This document shows, one piece after another, positions 25,246 through 37,200 of a stretch of DNA of 64,000 nt. This DNA comes from Chiloscyllium plagiosum (Eukaryota): contig NC_057714.1 of the NCBI RefSeq assembly GCF_004010195.1, forward strand, positions 7,804,492 to 7,868,491. Direction: 5' to 3'. The position numbers were made by a program, and so were the translations under genes. Every line of letters starts with the position of its first letter. Position 1 is the stretch's first letter. The notes below the pieces were generated by a model. That model had not been told where the DNA came from, did not search any database, and saw nothing but the letters and a program-made list of their open reading frames with translations.

Positions 25246-28200
25246 GGGATAAATAATTTAGTTGTGGACCGCAGTACTAAAACTGGGCCCTTACAATTAA
25301 AATATCTTGCTGTGGGAATATTTTTTTTTGATAAATGTTAATTGGGTCAAAACGAGGAAGTGATAATGCACTTAGATTTAAAGCAGGACGAGGTAACTCT
25401 TCGTTTGAAGCAAATTACCCTTGTTTGGATCATTTTAAATGAGATGCACATTTTGAATGGAACGGCTAATAAGCCATGCTCCAAATTCGTCATTGCTTAT
25501 TTCAAGATTTCGTGTAGTTTGAACAATAGTTCTACTTGAGCATTGTTAGAATATATTAGAATAGTTCTGCTCAAATGGTTGCGTTTTCTATTGTTTGACA
25601 ACAGCGTTCTCACTACTATATTTTAAGCTGATGATGTCTGTTGCAGCAGTTTCATGAACAGTTGTTTCAATGCACCTGACTTATTTAAATGTTCGTACAA
25701 TTTTACTTTGCAATGAAATAAATGTGCACACCTACTGTGCTTAATGAAGGTGATACAGTCGAAAGCGTTAGCCGCTGACATCAGTATGAAATACCTAGGC
25801 AGATGTGTACCAATAAGTTAAATATGACAAGATCAATAACTGAAGAACAGCACTCTGTTCCTCGATTATAGTTGACAAAAAAAACATACATTATTATATT
25901 TCGAATGGTGGACAGTCATCAGTAAATGCGAACAATAAAGTTATTAGCCTTTTAACATACTGTCTCTGAATGTGTTCCATTGACCAACGAGGCCAGCACA
26001 AATACATATGCAAAACATTTGTACAAACGCTGCATTCCGAAACGACTAGATAATTGAAATGATACAAACTCGATGAAATCTTAATATGGCCAGTTATACC
26101 AAAGTCAGTTCTGGTAAGTAACAAGTTGTTCTCCAAATATATATGACACATCTACAAAGTCTATCATAAGTGGCTCGTTCATGAAACAAGTCAGGAGTCA
26201 GCACTCACAATGAAGACTCGGGATGTGCTAGAATTAGAGGATAAAAGGAAAAAAATAATAACCAGTCCATAATGTAAATATATTTATTCTTATGCATGTA
26301 ATAGTACTGTAAATCAGGTAGTCAATGGACAGCTAGATTTTGATTAAGCATTTTGATAGCTTTCATTCGGGCTCCAGAATAGAAATTTAAAATATTTCAG
26401 AAAAGTACGGTGGATGCTTGCAAGGTAGGTTGGCCAATAGAATTGCAGATATAAATCTAATGATCATATAAGTATTCCAAATGAAGTGGTAGGATATGTG
26501 GTGAACATACTGTGTAGTTAATTGTTTTGGGGTAATAATCAAGGTAGCACTGTAATATCATACGGCGATTAGTTTAGCCAAAGTCCAGAAACCATTCTAA
26601 CACAAGTAATACATCTGTAATAGAACCACACGAGAATAAAAATAAAACCCTCTTTACTGGTTTTGTCTATGATATTGTTTCACAATACTAACCCGTGGTA
26701 TCGAAAATTTGAGATGTTTGCAGCGTGAGTGAAGGTCAAGTAATATTGGTGTATAAGTGATGTGGCATATCATATGTCCCATATTGTAGAAAACCAGGAA
26801 TCAAAACGGCACTCATCAAGTTATTTATTTGAATTCACCACTGAGTTTTTATAAATTATTGGTAAATGATCGCTAACAAATAAGTGGAATAAACTACGAA
26901 AATATAAACTGCACGATTGTGTTGTCTAATTAACCGCATAGCTTAGAGTCCATGCATGTTATTTTCATTTCAAATACATTTGGATAGAAATAATGGAAAA
27001 CGACATTAGCAAATTCGAGAACAGGTACAATACAGAAGCAGAAACAAATTACCACAAAGGGTTCTAGAAATGTTCTGAGCTAAGAATAATAAATGCAATT
27101 AACGTTTTGTTGTTTGATATCATAAACGTTTCCGGACAATAGTCTAAACTTATTGCATAGTTTTCACATAAAAGGAAACTCAACATCTTATAATTCAATT
27201 TTTACCTTGTTCGAACGAGTAAGCGCGCGACAAGTCCCAGTTCCAACATACGGTTAATTCTTTAAAGTCAATATTTCTCAAATTAATCACCATTGATAAA
27301 ATATTCACAGACATTACATCAAACCCGAAGATCCCTTTTCATACGGAAGAATTTGGGGGATTAGAATATATAGGCTTCCGGAATACTTTCATTCATTAGG
27401 TGGAAATGACACATCAAGATAACAGTAATCACAAAAAACTGGTTGATAGTAACCCTATATTGATACAATAAAACGATTAATACGCAAACTCTCTTTTATT
27501 CAAGAATAATTCTTGAACATATTTTAGATGACACCAAATAACGAAATAATCTGCACAACTGTGCGTGTATCCCACTCAGTTTTACTATAGCGACCGTTTT
27601 GATTGCACGCACTTATAAAGCGCACCTTTGTGATATTTATCGACATTTGTAGGCAGACAGAACAAATCATGACTGGACTGAAAACACAGAGCTGATGTAC
27701 ATCAAGAGATGTAACTCAGGGATTATGTGATACAATTAAAGTACATGGGTTGATTTTACTTAACGAAAAGTAGTCAATCATTACAAAAACTGTATTTGAA
27801 TTATCAGCTATAAAGTGGAATCATTACAGTTCATTTCAATATCTAGAATAGCAGTGTACAATACCTCTCTGGACAGATACTCCTTATTGATGATGTCCTG
27901 ATCTGTGGATAGTTTGATACCAATTCTTGGAGATAACAGTTTACACGATAGTACCATCGTCAGTACTTTGGCGTGATATGACCTTCTACAGAATACCCCT
28001 ACCTTTTCCAATAATATGAAGGCCTTCCAGGCAGCTCGAGACAAGAGGTTTTGTAAACAGTACATTTAAACCGGATGCAATGCCACATAATTTGCAATGT
28101 ATCTGAAAACGACTGCATCCATTTCACACCCTTTTGCCAGCCAAGCAGAAACAGCCTGGAAATGAAGACGGTATGGTCAGTAGAATTTTTTTTTCATTTG

Positions 28201-28972
28201 GAGAGTTGTGAGTGAAAAACAAAAGAAAACAAACAAAACGGCAATGAAAAAGTCAATTCTCACGGCTTGCCTTTGTAAGAATTCAGACAGGGTCGTCAAC
28301 GCGTGAATGACAGCACTCAGATTGGCTAGACTGCAACTTTCAACTTGACCTTGGCCTTTAGCCGTGTCTAACCCGTATGTAAAAGAGCTGCCCATTTGGT
28401 TGCTGCCATTTTGTAGTATAATCCACAATGCGGCCGTTTACATATGTTTGTAGCACACAGACCATGCACAAACTTTCTTTTAACAAGTAGATTGCATTCG
28501 AAGTTTTACTTATCAGTTAGATACGCAATCGAATGCTTGTTTCAATATAATATGTCCTTTTTGGAAGGAGGGGCAGTGTTCTTTTAATTCAAGAATGGAG
28601 GATTATTGCGACGCCATGCAAATCTGATGTTCCAATGCATTTCCACTTAAAGCGTAATCCAGGACGATGCAGCCGGGCTCATATTTGCGTATTTTATCTG
28701 GTCACTGGAAAAGCAAATGTACTTTTGAATGTGATTTACGTTCGGTATATACTAACATTGCCGATACCGCGAAAATCAAACAGTAGCCGCTATATTAGAT
28801 TCAAATTAAAGAGTTCCAGCTACTAATAATCACGGGGAAGCTACGTATTGTTAGTCAGTGACAGTTCTACTCCAATACCAGTGACGTTATCACACAATCA
28901 TCACTCAACTGCAAAATATATGAACAGTCATTGAATAAGTCGGTCACGCAATTTCAGACACATTAAAGAGAA

Positions 28973-28991
28973 ACACACACACACACACACA
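28973..28991. repeat. (AC)n microsatellite
   Basis: About 9 AC units. Confidence 0.9.
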
Positions 28992-31149
28992 ATTCGCGAT
29001 TTGACTTGTCATAATTTTTCTTCGAGGATTGGTGTTGTGAAATCACCTCAGTATGTTTACCCGACAACAATCCCGAAAAAGATTACGATTTTCAGTTGAT
29101 TTTTCGACATGGAGGATAATTTATAAAAATTTCCAGATTCGCTGGGGAGACGCTTTAATCTCGCCATTCTATGGCGCGTTAGTCATCGCAGAATGTTTAT
29201 CTTCCACATGGTTGGAATTCACCGTCTCTGCTCCAATAACGATGGTCAGTAGCAGCTCAGAATCAGGGCTCCTAAATCATCGAGGTTCGTATCACTTCCA
29301 ATTTCCAAAAGAAGTTTGGAGGAACAGCGTGCAGCTGTTTCTCAAGCGGTTGGATTATTCCTGTACTAAAACAGGGGCAAGACGTTTCAAAAATGTACAA
29401 GGAAGGGAAGGGAGAGATAAACAGGAAGGAGGCAATTAAAGACGTAGTGAGAGTGAGAGAGGGAGAAATTGTGAAGAACATAATAGGAGCATTTTAATTG
29501 TAAAATGATTGTTCTAAACAGCTGCATTACCACAGCCATTGAACCTTATGAGACACAAGAAAAAACTGAAACAAACAGTTGAATGAAACAAGCTTGAAGA
29601 GTTCGTTTGATAGGAACTGGTTATTATTGTATATATCACAGTACCTGGTATATAAGTAAGTGACTGAAATTGTACTAAAAATTATTATCCACAATAACCG
29701 AACAATACTGGCTATATCTTTGCACTTTGCATGCATTTTCAGCAGTTACTGTGCCTCAGCATGCAGTATATGACTGTGGGAAGAAGGTTTATCCCCATAC
29801 TTTTCGCCGAATAACTGCAAATTGATTTCAAATCCATTTAGAACAAGCTTAATATTTATCGATCCAATAGCGTTTTTAATAATGTGCTACATATTATAAA
29901 ACAAATCATATTTATGCATTTTAACACATTTAACAACGTGCCAGCTATTGTTAAATAATTCACCGTTTATCCCTTTTTCGGTGCATTTAATTGAGTCAGG
30001 TACTCATAAAATCCTTGCACTGATATTTCAAAATGAAACCCGGTTATGAGAGTTATGTTCCCGCTCAATTTATGCATATTTTTCAGCAAGTAGGTCGACA
30101 CGAATAGGCTGCCTTAGCGGGGTAAGTAAGAACGCTGACATTTATTTAAATACTTTTAGTATCAGGCCTGGCAAACGGCAAACAAGGAATTAGTGGATAT
30201 CCTTATCCATCTTATAAATGTCTTTTGATCCAAATGTATCTATATTTGTGACTGGCTAGAAATGTTGCTGTCATTATAGCAAGCAAACACATTATTTAGT
30301 CCGCATGAATGAGAATTCAAACTAACTGATTGTTCTAGAAAATGAGTTCCAATCTGCATAGTGATTCATTTTAATAAACTTTGCTCTGGTGCTTAGTTTA
30401 ATGGCACACATTATATCCAGAATGAAGAGATATATTCCCTCAAATAATTATCACGGCTTAAGAAATGTAGGCTCTGGAATAATTTCGGACTGTTCTATGG
30501 CATTATTACCATTTGGTTTAACGAGTTATGTCATGAAGCAATACAAAGGTCATACAGATGTTTCCTTTACACTATAAAATTCTGCTGCTACCCAGTTCTT
30601 TAAAATGTTAATTTCTTATTGGTTTCAAGTACCTGAAGATATTATTTATGAAGTGAAATATAAAAAAAAAAGCTGGGCAAGTGTGGTTTTAGGCCATCCT
30701 AATGTCAGGTTTTGCTTAAGCGGCAAATTATTTTAGAAGAAAGCGCTTTGCGTCGGTCAGAAAATATAGATTTCAAAAGGGTGGATAGTATAAACATCTA
30801 TGTAAAAGTAACCTCAGCTACAGGTACAATAATCAACTACACAAAAAAAGACCTTCACTGAACTGCAAATTATTTAATGTGATCTAGCCTTTAATTATGT
30901 ACATTATTCATCCTGTTACATGTAAATAAAAATACTCGCAATTTTGGTTTGCCTTTTTTTGTACATGCAAAATACTGCCTTATTTTCTGTCTGTGCACTT
31001 ATCTGATGTTCATACATCACTGGCTTATTTTGCGCGCCGTTAGTCGTCAGGTATTTTAGTAAACGTGATTTATCCCAATTGCCCAATGTTCCTTCATTGA
31101 ACTAATGCAGAATCTACCTTTTTAACTCTTCATATATTTACCATCTACT

Positions 31150-31270
31150 TTGCATATCACGTGGTCGACTCGCAGCCAATGAGGAAGCAGCCTTTAGCGA
31201 CACTGGCGCGTCAATGCTGCTAAGTCTCAGAGATTCAGTATCTCTTTTCAGTCTTAGGGGCTTTTAAAAC
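31150..31270 (+). promoter_or_regulatory. HoxA13 proximal promoter
   Basis: E-box CACGTG at 31158-31163, CCAAT at 31176-31180 and TTTTAAAA at 31262-31269, directly upstream of the ATG. Confidence 0.6.
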
Positions 31271-31298
31271 GGCCACTAGTCTCAATGTTGGACGTGAT

Positions 31299-31944
31299 AT
31301 GACAGCGTCCGTGATACTTCATCCCCGCTGGATCGACACAGTAATGTTCGTCTACGACAACAGTTTGGATGAAATTAATAAAAACATGGATGGATTTTCG
31401 GGAGGGAACTTCACAGCAAATCAATGCAGGAATTTGATGACCCATCCAGCATCCCTAGCTCCCAGCTCTGCCTACTCGTCGAGTGAAGTGCCAGCCTCTG
31501 GCATCGCTGAACCTGTCAAACAGTGCAGTCCTTGTCCTGCTCAAACTTCGTCCAGTGCCGCCCTTCCTTATGGATACTTTGGGAGCAGTTACTATCCCTG
31601 CCGCATGAGCCACCATAGCAGTATCAAGTCCTGTGCTCAGCCCTCTACCTTGTCTGGCTATCCTGCCGACAAGTACATGGACACGTCTGCCGGCGAGGAA
31701 TTCACCTCCAGAGCTAAGGAGTTCGCTTTCTATCAAGGTTACGCGGGGCCGTACCAACCGATGCCCAGTTATTTGGACGTACCTGTGGTTCCTACCATCA
31801 GCACTGCCGGGGAACCGAGACATGAAACATTATTATCCATGGAGAGCTACCAGCCCTGGGCAATTACCAATGGGTGGAACGGGCAAGTCTGCTGCTCGAA
31901 AGAGCAACCTCAAGCTACCCACCTCTGGAAATCAAGCTTGCCAG
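31299..31944 (+). CDS. HoxA13: Homeobox protein HoxA13, exon 1
   Basis: The N-terminus [21 protein letters not shown] is typical of HoxA13, followed by [21 protein letters not shown] and [14 protein letters not shown] phase-1 donor G|GTAAGT lies at 31944/31945. Confidence 0.97.
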
Positions 31945-32354
31945 GTAAGTATAGATAAACACGAGTCTTTCAATGCAGTGCCAAACTGGTAAATTGAAGG
32001 GAACAAAGCATTGCGAGATGTAAATACACACGACTAATTGGTACTAAGTCTTCAAAGGATTATGATTAAGACAGTATATGGGTGATGCCCCAGTACCAGC
32101 ACCGCTATAGTAGCATGCAGTTAATGTTTATTGCCTAGATATCATTATGCATGATTTTCCATTATCACTTCTTAATCCTCATACATTTTCAAAATTACGT
32201 TTTTTGCCATATAATTTATTACACCAGGTAGAGTCGAGATAATATCCCCCACGGCATACTCTTGAACTTGACTCCGGTGTCAGTTACAGTTTTTGTGTTT
32301 TTTTTGACGACTGCTAAATGCAATGGATGGTAAGGTGTGCTTTCCTCTTCACAG

Positions 32355-32599
32355 ACGTCGTTTCGCATCCCTCGGATGCGAGCTCTTTTCGGCGTGGGAG
32401 GAAGAAAAGAGTGCCTTACACCAAAGTGCAGTTGAAAGAACTTGAGCGGGAATATGCCACCAATAAATTCATCACCAAGGACAAACGAAGGAGGATATCT
32501 GCATCTACAAACCTCTCTGAGAGACAAGTCACTATTTGGTTTCAAAACAGACGAGTCAAAGAAAAGAAAGTTCTCACTAAACTGAAAAGTAACAGCTAG
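32355..32599 (+). CDS. HoxA13: Homeobox protein HoxA13, exon 2 (spliced protein ~296 aa)
   Basis: Acceptor TTTCCTCTTCACAG; homeodomain [58 protein letters not shown]; stop TAG at 32597-32599. Confidence 0.97.
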
Positions 32600-33691
32600 T
32601 GTGACAATTCCAGAGCCAATCGGACTTCATTTGAACATTTTACAAATTACTGATCTCAGCCTGAAGAGAAAAAACAAAACCCAACACGGCTCATTTTCTT
32701 GATGCTAGATTTTTTTTTTCTTTCTGCGTGCTCCTTGCTTTTTCTTGACAAAAAAAAAGCAAAAACACACAGCAAATATCTCGGAGAGACATTGTATAAT
32801 GATGTTGTGAAAGCAAGCTAATGTTCGCCATAAGGGAATCATGCCCATCTTAGCAAGAATCTAAAAGGGTTATTATTTTGAAATGTAGCAAACCTGCTGG
32901 CTTAGTTACTTACTGCATATAAACCCGACCATTTCAAAACAATAATTGTACCAATTGGATTGATATAGTACCTCCACACAAACCTCACCAAAGCACCTAA
33001 AGAAAATGTGTTTTGCTGGAAAAGGTTCTGGTCAACAAAATGCTAGAGTGCATGAGAGTTTTTCCTCAGGTAACCTATGGGATATATCGCGAAATATGAA
33101 ATAAAATGTATGTTTACACACTACATTTTCTTTGGATGGGTTGCGCTATCTTTAAAGTTTTAATGTACAGGTAGAAGGAAGAATATATTCTAAATAGCAA
33201 TGTATATGGGAAAGAAAATACGTACTATTGAAGCACTCTACATTTCGACCTATGTATATATTATGAGCATCCACGCTTTCGGGAATTAAATAGCAGACCA
33301 GATTGCCATTTCCTACAGAGCAGAAGAAAGATCTGTCTGCAAACATGGAACCACCCCTCCCGTGTAAATTAACTAAATATTAAGTCTTTTCTGCCTGCTT
33401 GTTACGTTACCCACTTCACATAGCATTAGGCTTCACGCAGACCTAAGGCGCACAGCTTCCTTCTTAAAAATGATGACATCTGCGTGCAACTGTATTTTTT
33501 TTTAAATACTGCAATGTTATATCTGCATGCACCCTCCTGCTTAGTTAATATATACCAATAATAGTAAAAATAATTACGAATGATAATCACAAAATTAAGA
33601 TGTCTCGCATTATTCTGCAGCTGTTTAATTTGTATACCCTGTTGTCTTTTTCATCTAGTAAATTACTTGCATTACAAGAAATTATTTCACG

Positions 33692-33697
33692 AATAAA
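33692..33697 (+). terminator. Candidate HoxA13 polyadenylation signal
   Basis: AATAAA ~1.1 kb past the stop, followed by a GT/T-rich tract (TTTTTGTTGTTGTTG, ~33726). Confidence 0.55.
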
Positions 33698-34130
33698 ATA
33701 TCTTCATAAACACCAGCGTCGACCGTTTTTGTTGTTGTTGTTGAGAAACATGATTCCAATTAACAGCTTTTAAACTAAAATGTAAAGAAAAATCGGCCAG
33801 CCCAGATTTATTCTTGATGTCAACTCTGTCATTTCTTTAAAGGTCTAAAATACCTCGGAACCATGCTTTCGTACGTGGAATTAATCAAGGCATTTGCTGA
33901 GAACAAAAGGTATCTGAGAATATTCCCTGTTGTTTTTAATGAAAAACATTACTGCCAGCAAATGTATCACGATTATTATGGTAAAAACGCTTTTCGGAAT
34001 AGGTTCTTAAGTTTGTATTAGCAAATTCTGAAAGTTTAAAGACAATAAATTGATGTCCATATTCTGATTGAAAATATAAGCTCTCCCCTCGGTTTTAATA
34101 TGGAGGGAGGGCGTTAGGAGGGGGGCTTAA

Positions 34131-34172
34131 ACCTTGACCTTGACGAAAACAGATAGTCTTTGACCTTGACTA
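34131..34172 (-). promoter_or_regulatory. Paired TCAAGGTCA (DR0-like) nuclear-receptor sites
   Basis: TGACCTTGA occurs at 34135-34143 and 34161-34169. Confidence 0.5.
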
Positions 34173-34216
34173 TTAACCACTCATGAATAGTCATGAAATG
34201 CATTGGTAGAACAAGT

Positions 34217-34230
34217 GCGCCATCTACTGC
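34217..34230 (-). promoter_or_regulatory. CTCF-binding motif between HoxA13 and HoxA11
   Basis: The minus strand reads GCAGTAGATGGCGC, a close match to the core CCASYAGRKGGCRS. Confidence 0.7.
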
Positions 34231-37200
34231 TAAATCTGTGGATATTCATTTACACGGGCCTTGAACGAGAGAGAGCCAGCAAACATAACTATTTCAACAC
34301 TCAAAGAGCAAAGAGCGAAATGGAGCCGTCAGATGTCGGTCTGTAACTCTAAAAATCAATCTAACTTGTGGAAATGTTCAGAGAAATTACTTGAAATGCT
34401 CGAGTTGCAAGGACTAATGGGGAGTTATTTACTATTGCTAACAATATAACCTTCAAAACCAATTAACAACTTCACACGTTCTATTTGATTTGCAAGTGGA
34501 AGGTGTCAAGTCATCAGAAAGAAAGGACTATGGAACTATGTTTTGCAAATCGAGTTTTGCGGATGGTTTTAATTTTAGCCTCAATAAAATGACTGAAGAA
34601 AGAGTAACCAACTAATCAGGTAAAGCTGATAATGATCACGTTTGAAGAAGTCATAGTTAGAAGGGACTGTTGATCTGCCTATAAATTGTCTGTTCACTTT
34701 CACGCTTGCATTACTTACGCTATCTCTGCCTTCGTGTCCTGTCTGTTTGCATCTGCTAATCTGTTAGGTTTGTCAATTCACTTTCATTCTTATATACTCC
34801 ATGACTGATCAAATGTTTCATTTAAAAATAAACAATTTCATGAAAACTAAACCTTTTTGCGTAGTGGTATTGTGGAATATGGCAGCAATTAAGCCGAGAT
34901 TTTAAGAATTGTATTTATTTAAAAGTATACAGACCGCGTTCAATACAAGTATACCATGTGGATAATGATAGCTGATGTATTTGTATAAAGTAGAGCATTT
35001 TATCTGCCTTTGTAGCAAGCAATTATTGTAGCGATATATTTTGGGAAAATTCAGATAAATTGCACATGCGTGTAAAATGTAGAAATGTGCTCTTATTAGT
35101 AGTGGCCACGCTAACCAGGTTCGCTTATGTAAGCAAGAGAATTTGTTACGTTGAAGTTGAAATGTGCAATGACCAGTCAAAACAACTCATTTAATTTTCG
35201 TTTGTGTCCTGTCTTCATACGGTCCAAGCCACAATCTTGGAATTGCCTATTGCAGCAATGAATCCTGGTTTGTCAAAATGTTGTGGGATTAAAAACTTGT
35301 ACATTCATCACATGACGTATTCAAACCAATCACACCACCCGCTTGTAAAATCCCGTGAAATATTTGTTGGAAACTGCTTGAAGAGAACCACCCTCATTCT
35401 TCCTGATCAAGGCAGGGCTAATGATCCGAGATCATTGTTTTCTGGATGCATAGATTTGAAGTATATCATACGATTTCTATTTACTTGGAAGATGAAGCAA
35501 TAATTGATCAGTGTTTTATTAGTTAAGAGTAACCACTTGTAATTGGTATGGCTAAATCAGCTCATTTTATTGTTGGAATTTGAGCCTTCCAAAGAAACTA
35601 ATTATGTGCAAACACCTTCCTTCAGCATGTTGCTTTTTTTGTCGTTCTTGGGATTTAAGTAAAATAAACGTAAGGTAAAAGATTGTGCATAAGCAGTGAG
35701 AAATCAATGGCATATTTCTGATTACCCGAGTCATTGCTTGTTATTAGTATATTGCAAGATAGAGGTTGAACTAAAATTAATGATATTGTCAGTGTTACCC
35801 TTCTGACATAAACATAGCAAAGCAGGAGGTGCAATCAATTCAAACTGACATTCTATAGCATAATCACTCTTCTTTCGATTCCTCAAATTCTTCTGTGCCA
35901 ATGATTCATCCTGAAATGTGAATCTCTATTTACAGAAAATAAAAGAGCCTTTTATGCGTACAATGGCGATCACGAGCGATTAAACTAGTTTACTGTAAAA
36001 ACAATAATGCATTTGCATCATTGAATTTGGACTGTGAAATAGCATCAGTAATGGCCTCCTGTGTCGTGTTGTCGGACAGGCACGCATATGTCACGTTAGA
36101 ATGCCATAAGAGACTTAACATTTCTATAGAAATTTACGAAAGAGTGGTCATTCGAATTTGAAGGACTTTCTACGTTGAATCCTACATAATTACATCATCA
36201 TTTATCATTTTATTATGTATTAGAGAATTTGAAGGGACGAAGTCGTTGTCAAAAATCCTAGGCGCGTTAAGCTACAACCACAGTATAGTTTTGAATTTCA
36301 ACTCGCCAGTCTTCATTTTTAAAACAATCCAAATAATCGCATCACTGTGTCTTTGCCCACATTAAACTACGCAGGAATAATTGTTTTTTTTGCCTTCATT
36401 ATATGTATTTTTATGGATAAAAACGGTTCATTGGATTTAGTTAGCATTTTCTTTTTCACGCGACTGCAGCCTTACTGTTAATTTTGAGATCATACATCAT
36501 TGATTGCAGAATACACTATAAACCACCTTTTATGCTTTTATCTCTCTTGCTAACTTGGTACCGTACAATAAATTTATTTAAAACTTAAAATTTGATCATC
36601 GAACATAGAGAAAATGCCCATTTCATGATAATGTGGATCATTACAAAATAATCTTTAGTCTAAAATGCCAGATCTGGGCCCAATAATGTACCAACGGTTG
36701 CTGAAAGTAAATGCTTTATAGTGGCCAAAGCCCGAATTCCGAATGAACAACAAGAGTCCATTTTATTTTGAAACGCTGTCTATAATTTTTTAGCAAAGTT
36801 TTGCCGGACTAACTACACAATTGTTCAATTTACTTTAATACTTGAAACAAAAGACTCTCGGGCCACGGTGCAAAAAAAAGCCGATATTATTTGATATTTT
36901 TGTATTATATCTGCTTCCAGTTAAATCACATACACTTGTGAAGTGCAGTAGTAATTGACTCGTTGCTTTCCTCTCATTCAGCAAAGAATGCAACTACACT
37001 ACAATATTAATGTATACGCTTAAGACTTTGGTGACAACAGGGAACGGAAAAAGTGAATTCTTTAGAAAGGAACACGTTTAACATCAGTGAGCAACTTCAG
37101 TTATGTAAAAAGCAAAAACGGACCTGCATTTTTAGAAGTGAAGTCACACTTTTAAAAAGAAATGGTATACAGGCGGGGTCATTGTGCACCTTCAAACGTT

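Noticed and set aside
29053-29439. 128-aa ORF upstream of HoxA13, and a possible HOTTIP-like lncRNA region
   Set aside because: No recognisable domain or splice structure, and a lncRNA cannot be supported from sequence alone.
9020-31000. Evx1, expected 5' of HoxA13 on the opposite strand
   Set aside because: No Evx homeodomain (RRYRTAFTREQ...) was found in any frame. It presumably lies left of the window.
31455-31823. Antisense and alternate-frame ORFs over HoxA13 exon 1
   Set aside because: These are shadow ORFs of a GC-richer coding exon.
32318-32354. Apparent N-terminus [12 protein letters not shown] of the homeobox ORF
   Set aside because: It is intronic sequence upstream of the splice acceptor.
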